From contig CAIFER010000002.1 of assembly GCA_903789525.1 (NCBI GenBank), positions 62,000 to 125,999 on the forward strand: a stretch of 64,000 bases of DNA, in the 5' to 3' direction. Shown here in pieces: positions 53,602 to 64,000 of this stretch. The notes beneath the pieces are model-generated. The model had not been told where the DNA came from. It was given only the letters and a program-made list of their open reading frames with translations, and ran no database searches. The stretch is from an uncultured Aeriscardovia sp. (GTDB lineage Bacteria; Actinomycetota; Actinomycetes; Actinomycetales; Bifidobacteriaceae). Each line of letters begins with the position of its first letter. Within the stretch, counting starts at the first letter, position 1. The position numbers were made by a program, and so were the translations under genes.

Positions 53602-54858
53602 ATGTCGAGTGCGGCGCCTCTTCCGCGCGCGAAACGCGATGTGCACGTCGAAATATTGCGCCTCTGCGCAATTGTCGGCATCGCTATTTTCCATACTTTC
53701 CAGCCGTGGTTCAATTCCATCGCCTACGGTGTCTCATCAGATGCCCGCACAGAAACGCTTGAGTGCTCAACATTCGCTCTGTTCCTCTTAGGGTGCATCA
53801 GCTTGCTTGGAGCGATGGGGAATTCCGTCTTTTACATGATTTCCGGCTACTTTCTCCTTCCGCGCATGGCACGCGATTCGGATCAGTCCGGTTATTGGTC
53901 TCGGCAGCTGAAAGTTACGCTTCGTCGCGCTGCGGTTATTGCTGTGTCGGTTGCGCTGTATGCGATCATCGGCCTGGTCTTGCATAGGTTATTCGGTATT
54001 TCGTCCGCGAGTATGCACAACTGGCATTGGGCTGTTGACGGTCTGGAATTTATTTGGTTGTATTTGATCTTTATCGTTGTGGCACCGGTGATCGGGTGGA
54101 TCCAAAGGCGCTTGTTGACGTGGCCTGATCTTGTCATTCTTTTGCTGATCACAGTCATGGGCTTCAACACATATATCGCTTTTTGGGATCAAGGCGATTT
54201 CCAACGTGGGCTGTTTGATTGGCGCAAGCTCATGAGCGGCCTGACATATTTTGTAGCATTCCTGCTCGGCGGTGTCATTGCGCAACAGTGGGAGATTTTG
54301 CGTGGGCAAGCGAAACTCATTCGATTTGGGGTCGTCTTCTTATCTATTCTCGCCGAACTCGTGTGCGCACTGTGCATGGATCGTCGGCTCATTGGGTCAC
54401 TGAGTTACAAGTCAACATCACTCCTTTCGCTCTTGCTGGCTGCCGCTACTGTGATTTTCACGTTCAGTCAGCGGGATGTGGCTGCTCATGTGACGGCTAC
54501 CGCTCCAGCCAAGACGACTCGTTGGTCAGCTGGAACGATTGTGCGCTCACTGGCGAGTGGGATTCTCGGCTTTTACATTCTGCAGTCTCTCTTCGCTGAT
54601 GAGTGGCATCGGCTGACGATTTGGACGCTCAACGCCATCATGGCCATGGCACCTGTCCCTTCCCAGTCAGTGCCAAACGGAGCTTTTCTCCTCAATCAAG
54701 CCGTGCCGTCGGGAACGTGGACGTCGTCGCCGCTCGGAGTCATCATGCTTTTCTTCCTGACGGGCATTGTCATGAGTGTAGTTTTTGCTGGCGTAATTTT
54801 GGCACTCGATTTGCTGATTCGTCGTCCGATTCTTGTTGCGCTTCATCTCGTTCGTTAA
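53602..54858 (+). CDS. Acyltransferase 3 family membrane protein
   Basis: ATG 53602 follows AGGAGG. About 10 TM helices, with N-terminal VEILRLCAIVGIAIFH resembling the AT3 motif. Confidence 0.65.
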   Translation: MSSAAPLPRAKRDVHVEILRLCAIVGIAIFHTFQPWFNSIAYGVSSDARTETLECSTFALFLLGCISLLGAMGNSVFYMISGYFLLPRMARDSDQSGYWSRQLKVTLRRAAVIAVSVALYAIIGLVLHRLFGISSASMHNWHWAVDGLEFIWLYLIFIVVAPVIGWIQRRLLTWPDLVILLLITVMGFNTYIAFWDQGDFQRGLFDWRKLMSGLTYFVAFLLGGVIAQQWEILRGQAKLIRFGVVFLSILAELVCALCMDRRLIGSLSYKSTSLLSLLLAAATVIFTFSQRDVAAHVTATAPAKTTRWSAGTIVRSLASGILGFYILQSLFADEWHRLTIWTLNAIMAMAPVPSQSVPNGAFLLNQAVPSGTWTSSPLGVIMLFFLTGIVMSVVFAGVILALDLLIRRPILVALHLVR

Positions 54859-54982
54859 GGCGAGGGAATGCTTGCAATTGCACTGATGCAATCGTTAGCA
54901 GAAAAAGTGCCACTGTCGTAAACAAGCGATACATTGAAAAGCGACTTTGGCTGTAACAAAGCGGTTATTGGAAAGGAAACAA

Positions 54983-56680
54983 ATGGCCATCAATCCACCA
55001 GTTGACGCGACGAAGACCGACGCGTGGAAAGCTCTCCAAAAGCACTACGATGAGCTGCACAGCGAGGGTATCAATCTGCGCAAGTGGTTCGCCGATGATC
55101 CTGAGCGGACGGCGAAGTTGAGCTTCGACGCCGGCGACCTGCACTTTGATCTTTCGAAGAATCTCATCAAGCCAGAGACGCTGAAACTGTTTGCACAGCT
55201 CGCTGATGAGGTACATCTGGAAGATCGCATCAAAGCAATGTTCTCCGGTGTTCACATCAACAACACTGAGGATCGTGCGGTGCTCCACACTGCACTGCGC
55301 CGTCCTGTTTCCGATGAAGGCAAGCTGATCGTCGACGGCCAGGATGTTGTCAAGGACGTGCACGACGTTCTCGATCGTATTTATGACTTTGCTAATCGCG
55401 TTCGCTCCGGCGAGTGGCGCGGTATCACCGGCAAGAAGATCACCACTGTTGTCAACATCGGCATCGGTGGCTCTGATCTGGGCCCGGTCATGGTGTACGA
55501 AGCACTCAAGCCGTATGCAGACGCTGGCATCACCGCTCGCTTCATCTCCAATGTTGATCCGCAGGATATCGGTGAGAAGACGAAGGATCTCGATCCGGAG
55601 ACCACGCTCTTCGTCATCGTTTCTAAGTCCTTCGGCACGCTTGAGACGCTGACGAATGCACGCGATTGCCGTCGTTGGCTGCTTGATTCCCTTACAAAGA
55701 AGGGTGCAATCGACGGATCTGACAAGTCTCGTGCGGACGCCGTCGAGCATCACTTCATCGCCGTGTCCTCCAACGTGGACAAGGTCGTCAAGTTCGGCAT
55801 CAACAAATCCAACATCTTTGGATTCTGGAACTGGGTCGGCGGCCGTTATTCTGTCGATTCCGCTGTCGGCACGATCCTCATCCTCACGCTTGGACCGAAG
55901 CGCTTCGAGAACTTCCTCGAGGGCTTCCACGCAATGGATGAGTATTTCCGCACAACGCCGGTCGAGAAGAACGTGGTCGCGCTCATGGGTCTCATGAACG
56001 TGTGGTACGACGACTTCTTCGGTGCTGAGTCCCATGCGGTTCTGCCGTACAACCAGTACCTGCATCGCTTCCCGGCTTACCTGCAGCAGCTCACCATGGA
56101 GTCAAATGGCAAGTCGGTGCGCTGGGATGGCACTCCAGTCACGTCGAAGACGGGCGAGATCTTCTGGGGCGAGCCAGGCACGAATGGTCAGCATTCGTTC
56201 TATCAGCTCATTCATCAGGGCACGCATCTGATCCCGGCTGATTTCATTGCCTTTGCTAATACGCGTAACCCGATTCACGATGGTGATCAGGATGTGCAGG
56301 AGCTCTTCCTGTCCAACTTCTTGGCACAGACGAAGGCACTGGCATTCGGCAAGACGCTTGATGAGGTGCACGCTGAGGGCACGACTGATCCAATCGTTGC
56401 CGCGGCACGTGTGTTCTCCGGTAACCGTCCAACCACTTCGATCTTCGGCGACACGCTCACTCCGTACGATCTCGGCGAGCTCATTTCCCTGTACGAGATG
56501 ATCGTCTTCACCGAAGGCACGGTGTGGGGTCTCGATTCCTTCGATCAGTGGGGTGTTGAGCTGGGCAAGAAGCTGGCTCAGGAGATCGTCCCGGCTCTGT
56601 CCAAGGACGATGCAGCGCTCGCTCAGCAAGATCAGTCCACGCGTTCCCTCATCCGTTACTATCGCGCACATCGCAAGTGA
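54983..56680 (+). CDS. pgi: Glucose-6-phosphate isomerase
   Basis: GIGGSDLGP signature and full-length PGI architecture. ATG 54983 follows AAAGGA. Confidence 0.95.
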   Translation: MAINPPVDATKTDAWKALQKHYDELHSEGINLRKWFADDPERTAKLSFDAGDLHFDLSKNLIKPETLKLFAQLADEVHLEDRIKAMFSGVHINNTEDRAVLHTALRRPVSDEGKLIVDGQDVVKDVHDVLDRIYDFANRVRSGEWRGITGKKITTVVNIGIGGSDLGPVMVYEALKPYADAGITARFISNVDPQDIGEKTKDLDPETTLFVIVSKSFGTLETLTNARDCRRWLLDSLTKKGAIDGSDKSRADAVEHHFIAVSSNVDKVVKFGINKSNIFGFWNWVGGRYSVDSAVGTILILTLGPKRFENFLEGFHAMDEYFRTTPVEKNVVALMGLMNVWYDDFFGAESHAVLPYNQYLHRFPAYLQQLTMESNGKSVRWDGTPVTSKTGEIFWGEPGTNGQHSFYQLIHQGTHLIPADFIAFANTRNPIHDGDQDVQELFLSNFLAQTKALAFGKTLDEVHAEGTTDPIVAAARVFSGNRPTTSIFGDTLTPYDLGELISLYEMIVFTEGTVWGLDSFDQWGVELGKKLAQEIVPALSKDDAALAQQDQSTRSLIRYYRAHRK

Positions 56681-56742
56681 GAGTGCGGTAAGAGGGCAGG
56701 TAATAGATCAGTGAAATAACTGGTCTATTCCCATTTCTGATG

Positions 56743-56779
56743 AAGCGGTCATTTCCTCTGTGGAAGTGGCCGCTTTTGT
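56743..56779 (+). terminator. Intrinsic terminator after pgi
   Basis: 14-bp stem AAGCGGTCATTTCC / GGAAGTGGCCGCTT with the T-run partly inside the stem. A second hairpin lies upstream at 56701-56729. Confidence 0.7.
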
Positions 56780-56953
56780 CGTGTCATATGCGAAACACTT
56801 TGAATTTGTGCAGCTGACGGTATATGCTCTCAATTGTTCGGTGAAGCAATGAAGGTTCACGTTATGTAGGAATCCACGCGTGTAACTGCTCTCCGATTTC
56901 TTTGATTTTCAGAATATTTCCTTCTATGAGGGTCTTTTCCATCGCCCACATTC

Positions 56954-59140
56954 ATGGGCGTTGTCAAGGCTATGAAAGGTGAAGTTGTGCCAGCTACTCA
57001 AGATCTGACCAAGATGAAGCTGCCGGAACTCAAGGAGCTTGCTCGTCAAATGGGTCTCCATGGTGTTTCAACCATGCGTAAGTCACAGCTACTCGCCACG
57101 CTGCAAGCTGCGCGTAATGGGGGAAAGGCTCCCAAAGGAGTGACTGTCGGGGCAGTGCGGCCTCGTCGTTCTTCAGCGTCAACATCTTCGACATCAACGT
57201 CACAGCGCACTACTGCCACCCACACGCGGACACAGACTACGGCTGCGGCACCAGCAAAATTGGCGCAGGCGGGCACACCTTCGCCAGAAACGTCGTCGTT
57301 GCCGACCGCGCGAATCAAGAATCTTGTAGATGACGTGCCGGTCATGCATCATGATCGCGCTGACGGTATCGAAAAGTTGGATCTTGGTATTCATCTTCCA
57401 GAGCGTCCTCGGAGAGTTGGTCAAGCGTCGCGGGCACATCGGGGGACGCGTGTAGTGAGAACTGCCGGTGCACCGCAGTCGTCTCAGGCAATGCAAACAG
57501 CTGATTCGGATCATGGATCGCAGTCAACGCGTGCTGCACTCGACGATATCTTGGCAGTTTTGCCGGATCACTCTGGGCGAGCATCAGAGTCGTCACGTCG
57601 TGAAGACCGGACTCATGAGGCGAAGGAATCATCTCGGACAGCTGATGTGCGCGTGTCTCGTTTCGAGGATGATCAGACTGAGGAGCAAGACGAGGGCGAA
57701 GATCGGTCTCGTCGCCGCTATTCACGTGAAAACCGCGGTAACCGGGAGAACCGGGATAATCGCGACGACTACAATTCTTCGACGCACTCGCGATCCGGCC
57801 GCCGTCAGCGTTTCACTCGTCACGAGCGGACGAATCGATATCAGCGCTCTGATCGTGACCGTGCGAGCGAATGGGAAGATCGGCATCGCGCTCGCCGTAT
57901 CCGTGAGGATCGCGAAGACGAAGGCTACGAAGAGCCAGAAGAGCAGGAAGTTCAGGAGCCAGAACCAGTTCCAGTCGCAGGAATTGTTGACATTCTCGAG
58001 TCGTATGCATTCGTGCGCACCTCAGGTTATCTGCCTGGGCCGAATGATGTGTACATTTCCATGGGCATGGTTCGCAAGTACGGTCTGCGCAAGGGCGATG
58101 CTATTCAAGGCACGATTCGTGGCACGCGCGAAGGTGCACGTCGGCCGAGCCGTCAAAAGTTCGTCCCTCTGCAGTCGGTGACATCGATCAACGGCATGAG
58201 CGTGGAGGAAGCGCAGAATCGTCCAGAATTCAACAAGCTCACGCCGATCTATCCGAATGAGCGGCTGACGATGGAGACTGAGCCAAATAAGCTCATCGGC
58301 CGAATGATCGATATCGTTTCCCCGATCGGTAAAGGACAGCGTGGCCTGATCGTTTCGCCTCCGAAGGCAGGCAAGACTGTTACGCTTTCGGCGATTGCGA
58401 ATGCGATTGCGAAGAATAATCCGGAGTGCCACATCATGATGGTGCTCGTCGATGAGCGCCCGGAGGAAGTCACGGATATGCAGCGGCACGTCCATGGCGA
58501 AGTGATCAGCTCGACGTTTGATAAGCCGGCGTCCGACCATACGACCGTCGCTGAGCTGGCGATTGAGCGAGCAAAGCGTCTGGTTGAGATGGGCCAGGAT
58601 GTTGTCGTCTTGCTCGATTCGATGACCCGTTTGGCGCGTGCGTACAATATTCAAGCTCCTGCATCTGGGCGCGTCCTCTCTGGCGGTGTCGATGCACAGG
58701 CACTGTATCCGCCGAAGCGCTTCTTCGGTGCTGCCCGCAACATTGAGAACGGTGGGTCGCTGACGATTATCGCCTCTGCACTCGTGGAGACCGGTTCCAA
58801 GATGGATGAGGTCATCTTCGAGGAGTTCAAGGGCACCGGCAATATGGAACTGCGTTTGTCACGTGATCTTGCGGATAAGCGCATGTTCCCGGCAATCGAT
58901 ATCAATGCGTCCGGAACGCGCCGCGAAGATTTGCTGACCAACCCAACTGAGTTGGCGTTAATCTATCGTTTGCGTCGTCTCTTCGGTGGTATGGAGCCAG
59001 AGCAGGCGTACAGCGTGCTTATCCCGAAGCTGAAGAAGACTGCATCGAATCGCGATTTCTTCGCTCAAATTGCGGCGAATATGGGTTCCAACGGCATGAA
59101 TTTGACCGCGAATATCGCCAAGATGAAAAAAGATCAGTAA
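56954..59140 (+). CDS. rho: Transcription termination factor Rho with large charged N-terminal insertion
   Basis: SAP-like N-terminus ([12 protein letters not shown]), RNA-binding core [18 protein letters not shown], and Walker A PPKAGKT. The start is ambiguous (ATG 56954, ATG 56972 or GTG 56987). Confidence 0.9.
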   Translation: MGVVKAMKGEVVPATQDLTKMKLPELKELARQMGLHGVSTMRKSQLLATLQAARNGGKAPKGVTVGAVRPRRSSASTSSTSTSQRTTATHTRTQTTAAAPAKLAQAGTPSPETSSLPTARIKNLVDDVPVMHHDRADGIEKLDLGIHLPERPRRVGQASRAHRGTRVVRTAGAPQSSQAMQTADSDHGSQSTRAALDDILAVLPDHSGRASESSRREDRTHEAKESSRTADVRVSRFEDDQTEEQDEGEDRSRRRYSRENRGNRENRDNRDDYNSSTHSRSGRRQRFTRHERTNRYQRSDRDRASEWEDRHRARRIREDREDEGYEEPEEQEVQEPEPVPVAGIVDILESYAFVRTSGYLPGPNDVYISMGMVRKYGLRKGDAIQGTIRGTREGARRPSRQKFVPLQSVTSINGMSVEEAQNRPEFNKLTPIYPNERLTMETEPNKLIGRMIDIVSPIGKGQRGLIVSPPKAGKTVTLSAIANAIAKNNPECHIMMVLVDERPEEVTDMQRHVHGEVISSTFDKPASDHTTVAELAIERAKRLVEMGQDVVVLLDSMTRLARAYNIQAPASGRVLSGGVDAQALYPPKRFFGAARNIENGGSLTIIASALVETGSKMDEVIFEEFKGTGNMELRLSRDLADKRMFPAIDINASGTRREDLLTNPTELALIYRLRRLFGGMEPEQAYSVLIPKLKKTASNRDFFAQIAANMGSNGMNLTANIAKMKKDQ

Positions 59141-59238
59141 AAATCTGAAAAAGATCACGGATTAGTGATGCAAATGGACGGCGCTGCGTAGTGGTGAGCT
59201 ACGTGGCGCCGTTTTAAGACGAACGAAGTGAAAACATC

Positions 59239-59808
59239 ATGATGGAAGACGGAAGAAATCACTCTTTACGGCTGTGTGCAGCAGCTTTCCTCGCCGCGGC
59301 ATTGTGTTTCGGCGCTTCTGCCTGCTCATCTGGAGCTGGCAGCCAGCACGTTGCTGAAAACGAGCAGCATCAGCAGGTCACACATCCCGATCAGAAGCCA
59401 AACGGCACGAGGGGAGAAAAGATGTCAGAAACGAATCACGGAAAAACTGTCGTATACGCTCATATCGGCAAGCAAACACTGGATATCGCGTTGGAAGATA
59501 ACTCATCCGCACGCGCTTTCATGAATCTGGTGAAGCGCAAGGACGTGACCCTCACGCTTGACGATTACGGCGGCTTTGAGAAGGTGGGAGATCTCGGAAC
59601 CTCTTTGCCAACCAACGATACTCATATCACGACGAGCCCCGGGGATCTCATTCTGTACCAGGGCAATGAAATCACGATCTACTATGGCAGAAACACGTGG
59701 GATTTCACACGTCTCGGTCATGTCCGCAACATCGGAGCACAAGACTTGCGGACTGTTCTGCACGCTGGGGGAGGTCCTATCCAGGTCACCTTCTCCGTCC
59801 GCCGCTGA
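59239..59808 (+). CDS. Cyclophilin-like fold lipoprotein
   Basis: Lipobox-like CFGASAC. The mature part (LEDNSSARAF...GDLILYQGNEITIYYG) resembles the cyclophilin-like family. Confidence 0.65.
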   Translation: MMEDGRNHSLRLCAAAFLAAALCFGASACSSGAGSQHVAENEQHQQVTHPDQKPNGTRGEKMSETNHGKTVVYAHIGKQTLDIALEDNSSARAFMNLVKRKDVTLTLDDYGGFEKVGDLGTSLPTNDTHITTSPGDLILYQGNEITIYYGRNTWDFTRLGHVRNIGAQDLRTVLHAGGGPIQVTFSVRR

Positions 59809-59861
59809 GGAAGCGATGCACAGACTTAATCGGGCTGTGACGCCGGAATAGAAGACTAAAG

Positions 59862-59900
59862 AAAAGGTCCTCCGTAGAGATTTCTACGGGGGACCTTTTT
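59862..59900. terminator. Bidirectional intrinsic terminator between the lipoprotein gene and valS
   Basis: AAAAGGTCCTCCGTAGA-GATTT-CTACGGGGGACCTTTTT. Confidence 0.75.
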
Positions 59901-59937
59901 GTATTCAGTTTGTATTCAGAGGCGAGTTTTCGTTGGC

Positions 59938-62841
59938 TCAGTCGTCGAGAGACGTGTCCTCGGCGAGAATCGGGATTGTCGTTCCGCCTTCGCCGTGACC
60001 GAACTGATCAGCCTCTTCCTCTGCCTTCTGGCGAGCTTGGGCGAGAGCTTCTTCACGCCGCTTCTTCATCGCTTCGGCCTTTTTAGCGGCCTGTTCCGGT
60101 GGTAGCGGCTTCTTGTTCTTCGCCTTGCGAGCCTGCTTCTCGGCCTCGCGCTCCTGACGCTCTTTTTCTGCGGTGACGGCTGACGTGACGATGCGTTTGC
60201 GGATATCGTCGATGCTCAGTTCGTGGAAGTTCACCTTGCCTTCGATCTGACCAGCCTGCAGAACATCGCTCATGGCCACACGCATCTGATTGAGCGCGTC
60301 CTTGACGCCGGCGAAGACGATCTGCGCGACTGGGGTCTTCATAGAGACCTTTGCCTCGCTCTTGACCTTACGGACCGCGGCAAGCGCCTGGCTCGCTTGA
60401 TCAAGCACCTCAGCCGGGACTTTCAGGGCAGCGGCGCTGTAGAACGATGCCTTCGGCCACGGAGCACGATGAACTGAACCTTGACCGGCGTGCATCCATC
60501 CCCACGCTTCGTCGGTGACGAATGGCATGTACGGTGCCAGCAAACGCAGGAAGCAATCCATAGCGATTCCGAGTGTCGTGCGTGCCGAGAGCACCTGGAT
60601 CTCAGTTGGATTCGTATGCGAGATCGTGGACGTGCCGTATGCGCGGTTCTTGACGAGCTCGATGTAGTTGTCGCAGAAGTTCCAGAAGTTCGTCTCAATG
60701 ATGTTGAGCGCCTTCGCATGGTCGAAGTGATCCAGCGCATTCGTTGCATCGCGAACCACGTGCGCGAGGCGGGCAAGAACAGCACGGTCAAGCGGCTGGG
60801 TCACATTGAGTGGATCCCACGTCGCATGTGCGGCCTTCGTGACGTGGTAGTTTTCATCTTCGCGACCGATACCAAGCACAAACTTCGTAGCATTGAGAAT
60901 CTTGATAGCCAAGCGGCGGCCGATCTTCATCTGGCCTTCGTCGTACGTCGAATCCATGCCAAGACGTGCTGAGGCGGCCCAATAACGAACTGCATCTGCA
61001 CCGTATCGGTCGATCGGGCCTGTCGGAACAACGACGTTGCCCTTCGACTTGCTCATCTTCTTGTGATCCGGATCGAGGATCCAGCCCGACAGCGTCGTGT
61101 CCTTCCACGGCAAAACGTGGAACTCGAGTTCGCTGCGGTCAATGGTGCTGAAGAGCCACGTGCGGATGATGTCCTGGCCCTGCGGGCGCAAATCCATCGG
61201 GAATGTGTGCTCGGCCAAGCCGTCCTTTTCACCCCAATGCGTCACAATCTGTGGGGTGAGTGAGCTCGTGGCCCACGTATCCATGATGTCTTGTTCGGCT
61301 GTGAAACCACCCGGTTGATTGCGCTGATCTTCCGTATAACCAGCTGGAACATCAGTGGTCGGATCGATTGGCAGACGGTCTTCGCTCGGTGTAATCGGGT
61401 GCGCGAAATCAGTCTTGCCATCTTCGGTGACCGGATACCACAGTGGGAACGGGACGCCGAAGAAGCGCTGACGGGAAATGAGCCAATCTGTGTTGAGGCC
61501 TTTGACCCAGTTGTTGTAGCGCACGCGCATGAAGTCCGGATGGAAGTTGAGCTCCTTGCCACGTTCGAGCAGCTGAGAGCGCAGTTTCATATCCGTTCCG
61601 CCGTTGGACAAATACCACTGGCGTGACGTGAGGATTTCGAGTGGCTTTTCACCCTTTTCATAGAATCCTGCTTCACGCATTGTCTTGACTGGTTCGCCGA
61701 TCATTTCGCCGGACTTGCGCAGTTCGTCGACGATGATCTTGCGAGCGGTGAAGGTAGTCTTGGTGGCCATTTTGGCGTAGACTTCGCGGCCTTTGTCACT
61801 CGTAATCCACTTCGGGACAGTCGGATCGATGCGGCCATTGCGCGTCAGAATCATGCGAAGCGGCAGTTTGAGTTCACGCCACCACTGCACATCGGTGCGA
61901 TCGCCGAACGTGCAGCACATGACGATGCCTGTGCCCTTATCCATCTGAGCTGCTGAATGGCCGAGGACGGGGACTTCGACGCCGAACAGTGGTGTCTTGA
62001 CGGTCTTACCGATCAGATGCTTGAAGCGCTCATCATTCGGATTGACGATCAGAGCGCAGCATGCCGGCAGCAATTCTGGACGCGTGGTGTCAATGAGAAT
62101 ATCTTTCGAGCCATCGGTCGGATGGAAGGCGAGCTTGTGGTAGAAGCCTGGATACGGGCGATCTTCGAGCTCAGCCTGTGCGACAGCAGTCTGGAACGTT
62201 ACATCCCACAGAACTGGCGCTTCCTTCTGATACGCTTCGCCACGAGCGAGATTGTGAAGGAATCCCTTTTGCGCAATCTTGCGAGCAAACGTGCCGATCG
62301 TGTGATACGTGTGATTCCAGTCGACGGACAGGCCAAGGCGCGTCCACAGATCACGGAACTTGACCTCATCCTCGGCGGCGAGCTGTTCACACAGTTCAAT
62401 GAAGTTCTTGCGAGAGCACGGAACCTGATCGCGAGCCTCAATCTTTTTGCCAGCGGTGCCATGGAATGGTGGCTTGAAATTGGGATCGTACTTGAGTGAC
62501 GTGTCGACGCGGACGCCGAAGTAATTTTGAACGCGGCGCTCGGTTGGCAGGCCGTTGTCGTCAAAGCCCATCGGATAAAAGACATCGTAGCCACGCATGC
62601 GCTTGTACCGGGCAATGATGTCCGTATGGGTGTAGCTGAAAACGTGACCCATATGCAGAGCGCCTGAGACGGTTGGCGGAGGCGTATCGATGGAATAGAC
62701 TTGCCCGCGCGGGCGATTGCCGTCAAATGCATACGTCTTTTCAGCGGCCCACTTTTTGGTCCACTTATCTTCCAGTCCCTCAACACCGACGTGGTCAGGA
62801 AGCGGGGTGAGATTGGCTGATATCACGCTATTGTCTTGCAT
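59938..62841 (-). CDS. valS: Valine--tRNA ligase
   Basis: HMGH (HIGH) and KMSKSKGN motifs, an editing domain, and a Lys/Glu/Ala-rich coiled-coil C-terminus with an acidic tip. Confidence 0.95.
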   Translation of the reverse strand: MQDNSVISANLTPLPDHVGVEGLEDKWTKKWAAEKTYAFDGNRPRGQVYSIDTPPPTVSGALHMGHVFSYTHTDIIARYKRMRGYDVFYPMGFDDNGLPTERRVQNYFGVRVDTSLKYDPNFKPPFHGTAGKKIEARDQVPCSRKNFIELCEQLAAEDEVKFRDLWTRLGLSVDWNHTYHTIGTFARKIAQKGFLHNLARGEAYQKEAPVLWDVTFQTAVAQAELEDRPYPGFYHKLAFHPTDGSKDILIDTTRPELLPACCALIVNPNDERFKHLIGKTVKTPLFGVEVPVLGHSAAQMDKGTGIVMCCTFGDRTDVQWWRELKLPLRMILTRNGRIDPTVPKWITSDKGREVYAKMATKTTFTARKIIVDELRKSGEMIGEPVKTMREAGFYEKGEKPLEILTSRQWYLSNGGTDMKLRSQLLERGKELNFHPDFMRVRYNNWVKGLNTDWLISRQRFFGVPFPLWYPVTEDGKTDFAHPITPSEDRLPIDPTTDVPAGYTEDQRNQPGGFTAEQDIMDTWATSSLTPQIVTHWGEKDGLAEHTFPMDLRPQGQDIIRTWLFSTIDRSELEFHVLPWKDTTLSGWILDPDHKKMSKSKGNVVVPTGPIDRYGADAVRYWAASARLGMDSTYDEGQMKIGRRLAIKILNATKFVLGIGREDENYHVTKAAHATWDPLNVTQPLDRAVLARLAHVVRDATNALDHFDHAKALNIIETNFWNFCDNYIELVKNRAYGTSTISHTNPTEIQVLSARTTLGIAMDCFLRLLAPYMPFVTDEAWGWMHAGQGSVHRAPWPKASFYSAAALKVPAEVLDQASQALAAVRKVKSEAKVSMKTPVAQIVFAGVKDALNQMRVAMSDVLQAGQIEGKVNFHELSIDDIRKRIVTSAVTAEKERQEREAEKQARKAKNKKPLPPEQAAKKAEAMKKRREEALAQARQKAEEEADQFGHGEGGTTIPILAEDTSLDD

Positions 62842-62905
62842 AAGCGCAATTCTACGGACTCTTCGTGACGTGGGCTGAAAAATCTGAGTCTTGTTAGTCC
62901 TTCTG

Positions 62906-64000
62906 TTAGTCCTGTTCAGACAGATGGGTGAGATCCACCCAGTCGTCGATGCGACTTGTCGGGATACCGGTCAAATCAGATTTCCACAGACTTGCCGTCT
63001 TGAGCTGATAGAGCCACGTCGCCGGTTGATCGACCACAAGGGTCCGTGCAGCCTTCTTAATCCCAGATTCGTAATCTGTAGTATTCGCGGACGTGATCGC
63101 TGTGTGATAGTCGCGATCTGCTGTTGGGTTATCGGTCATCCACCATTGTGTGCCAGAGAACCATTGCTGAGCGGTGTGGCTGCCGTGATCGATCCATGCG
63201 GCCATATCCATTTGCATTTTTCCGTCTTTGCTGTTCGTAATCTGCTGTGCCCATTGCTGGGAGTTGAGACGGACAGGTGTGAGCGTGTCGCTGGCGGCCT
63301 TTTCACTGGCACTGAGAGAATCGATGACGGACTGTGGGAAATCGGAACTGACGGCGATCTTCCAGTGGCGTGCGCGTTGCAGATAGTACGACTGAAGGCG
63401 AATTCCTTGATTGAGATCGACTGGGAATTGACGTGTCAGATTCTCGTACCCAGGGTCGAGCGTTCCGATCGGTCCACCCAGTTCAGTGCCAAGGCCAGCA
63501 ACCGCACGAATAGCGTCACTCCTGTTCATAATCATGCGTTGCGTTTGGCGCAGCCGCTTATCGGACATGAGCGAATTGTCAGCACCGTTGAACGCAATGA
63601 CCGCTTGCGTCGTCGTGGGACCAACGACGAGCTGATTTGCCAGCGTGTGATCTTTTTTGGCAGATCGGTACTGGTCCGGCCCGATATCGAGTGCCGCTTG
63701 CACTGATCCGGACTTATACGCCTTCACTTCGGCTTCCTGCGATGGAAAGTACGTGAAAGTGACCGTCCCTACGTGCGCATGATTGCCATCAGCGCCCGTG
63801 TAAGAAGGGTTGTACTGCAAGCGAATGGTTTTGTGACCGGAATCAGTGGAGATCGTTGACAGTGCGTATGGTCCACTTCCGGCCGGGAAGCGGTCAGGCG
63901 AAAACGTTGTCGATGGGCTAAAGTCCATCACCATTCCGAGCGGAGTGGCAAGCTTCCACAAGAGAGCAGGATCAGGCGTGGTGAGCTGCATGATAACGGT
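62906..64000 (-). CDS. ABC transporter substrate-binding protein, family 5 (peptide/nickel type), C-terminal part; N-terminus outside window
   Basis: The ORF is open to the window edge. Its length and sequence pattern resemble oligopeptide-binding proteins. Confidence 0.6.
   Translation of the reverse strand, partial: TVIMQLTTPDPALLWKLATPLGMVMDFSPSTTFSPDRFPAGSGPYALSTISTDSGHKTIRLQYNPSYTGADGNHAHVGTVTFTYFPSQEAEVKAYKSGSVQAALDIGPDQYRSAKKDHTLANQLVVGPTTTQAVIAFNGADNSLMSDKRLRQTQRMIMNRSDAIRAVAGLGTELGGPIGTLDPGYENLTRQFPVDLNQGIRLQSYYLQRARHWKIAVSSDFPQSVIDSLSASEKAASDTLTPVRLNSQQWAQQITNSKDGKMQMDMAAWIDHGSHTAQQWFSGTQWWMTDNPTADRDYHTAITSANTTDYESGIKKAARTLVVDQPATWLYQLKTASLWKSDLTGIPTSRIDDWVDLTHLSEQD

Noticed and set aside
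54965-56065. 366-aa ORF antisense to pgi
   Set aside because: It lies inside pgi and has no motifs. It is an antisense artefact.
62842-62905. T-box or other leader upstream of valS (and likewise cysS at 41661-41751 and gltX at 20686-20819)
   Set aside because: The spacers of 64-134 nt are too short for a T-box (about 200 nt or more), and no T-box sequence (AAUUAGGGUGGUACCGCG-like) is visible.
1-64000. CRISPR arrays, transposases, integrases, prophage, toxin-antitoxin or known defence and biosynthetic clusters
   Set aside because: I saw none on either strand. All ORFs above roughly 150 aa are accounted for by housekeeping or conserved hypothetical genes, or by antisense artefacts.

Overview
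This 64-kb window looks like core chromosome from a moderately GC-rich Actinomycetota genome, probably Bifidobacteriaceae-like. That assignment is an inference from gene order and protein features: S16 with an Ala/Lys tail, Rho with a large charged insertion, DUF3039, GluRS followed by tRNA-Glu and tRNA-Gln, and several start codons that look leaderless. I call about 60 protein genes, 4 tRNAs and several intrinsic terminators. Most genes are housekeeping: dnaX-recR, a class A PBP, rpsF-ssb-rpsR-rplI, gltX, murA, plsC-like, gpsA, ddl, rpmB, recG, rsmD, trmD-rimM-KH-rpsP, ffh, cysS, rnc-rpmF-yceD, coaD, pncB, rph-rdgB, pgi, rho and valS. I saw no CRISPR array, transposase, integrase, prophage or recognisable defence or biosynthetic cluster. 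I did not find a convincing wholly new multi-gene system. The least understood module is a Tad-like pilus cluster at 1-3351 (ATPase, fused platform protein, Flp-like pilin, two TadE-like proteins), which sits directly upstream of dnaX-recR. It belongs to a known but functionally unresolved actinobacterial family. The main secondary observations are listed below.
- Phased GTACAC repeats lie upstream of an rpsF leader that can sequester its Shine-Dalgarno (SD) sequence.
- An ABC binding-protein and permease pair has no ATPase gene next to it.
- A membrane protein is translationally coupled to pncB.
- There is a bacterial MIF-like tautomerase.
- MurA has Asp at the position of the fosfomycin-target Cys.
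- Two convergent gene pairs have overlapping 3' ends.
All family assignments come from reading motifs by eye, not from database searches.
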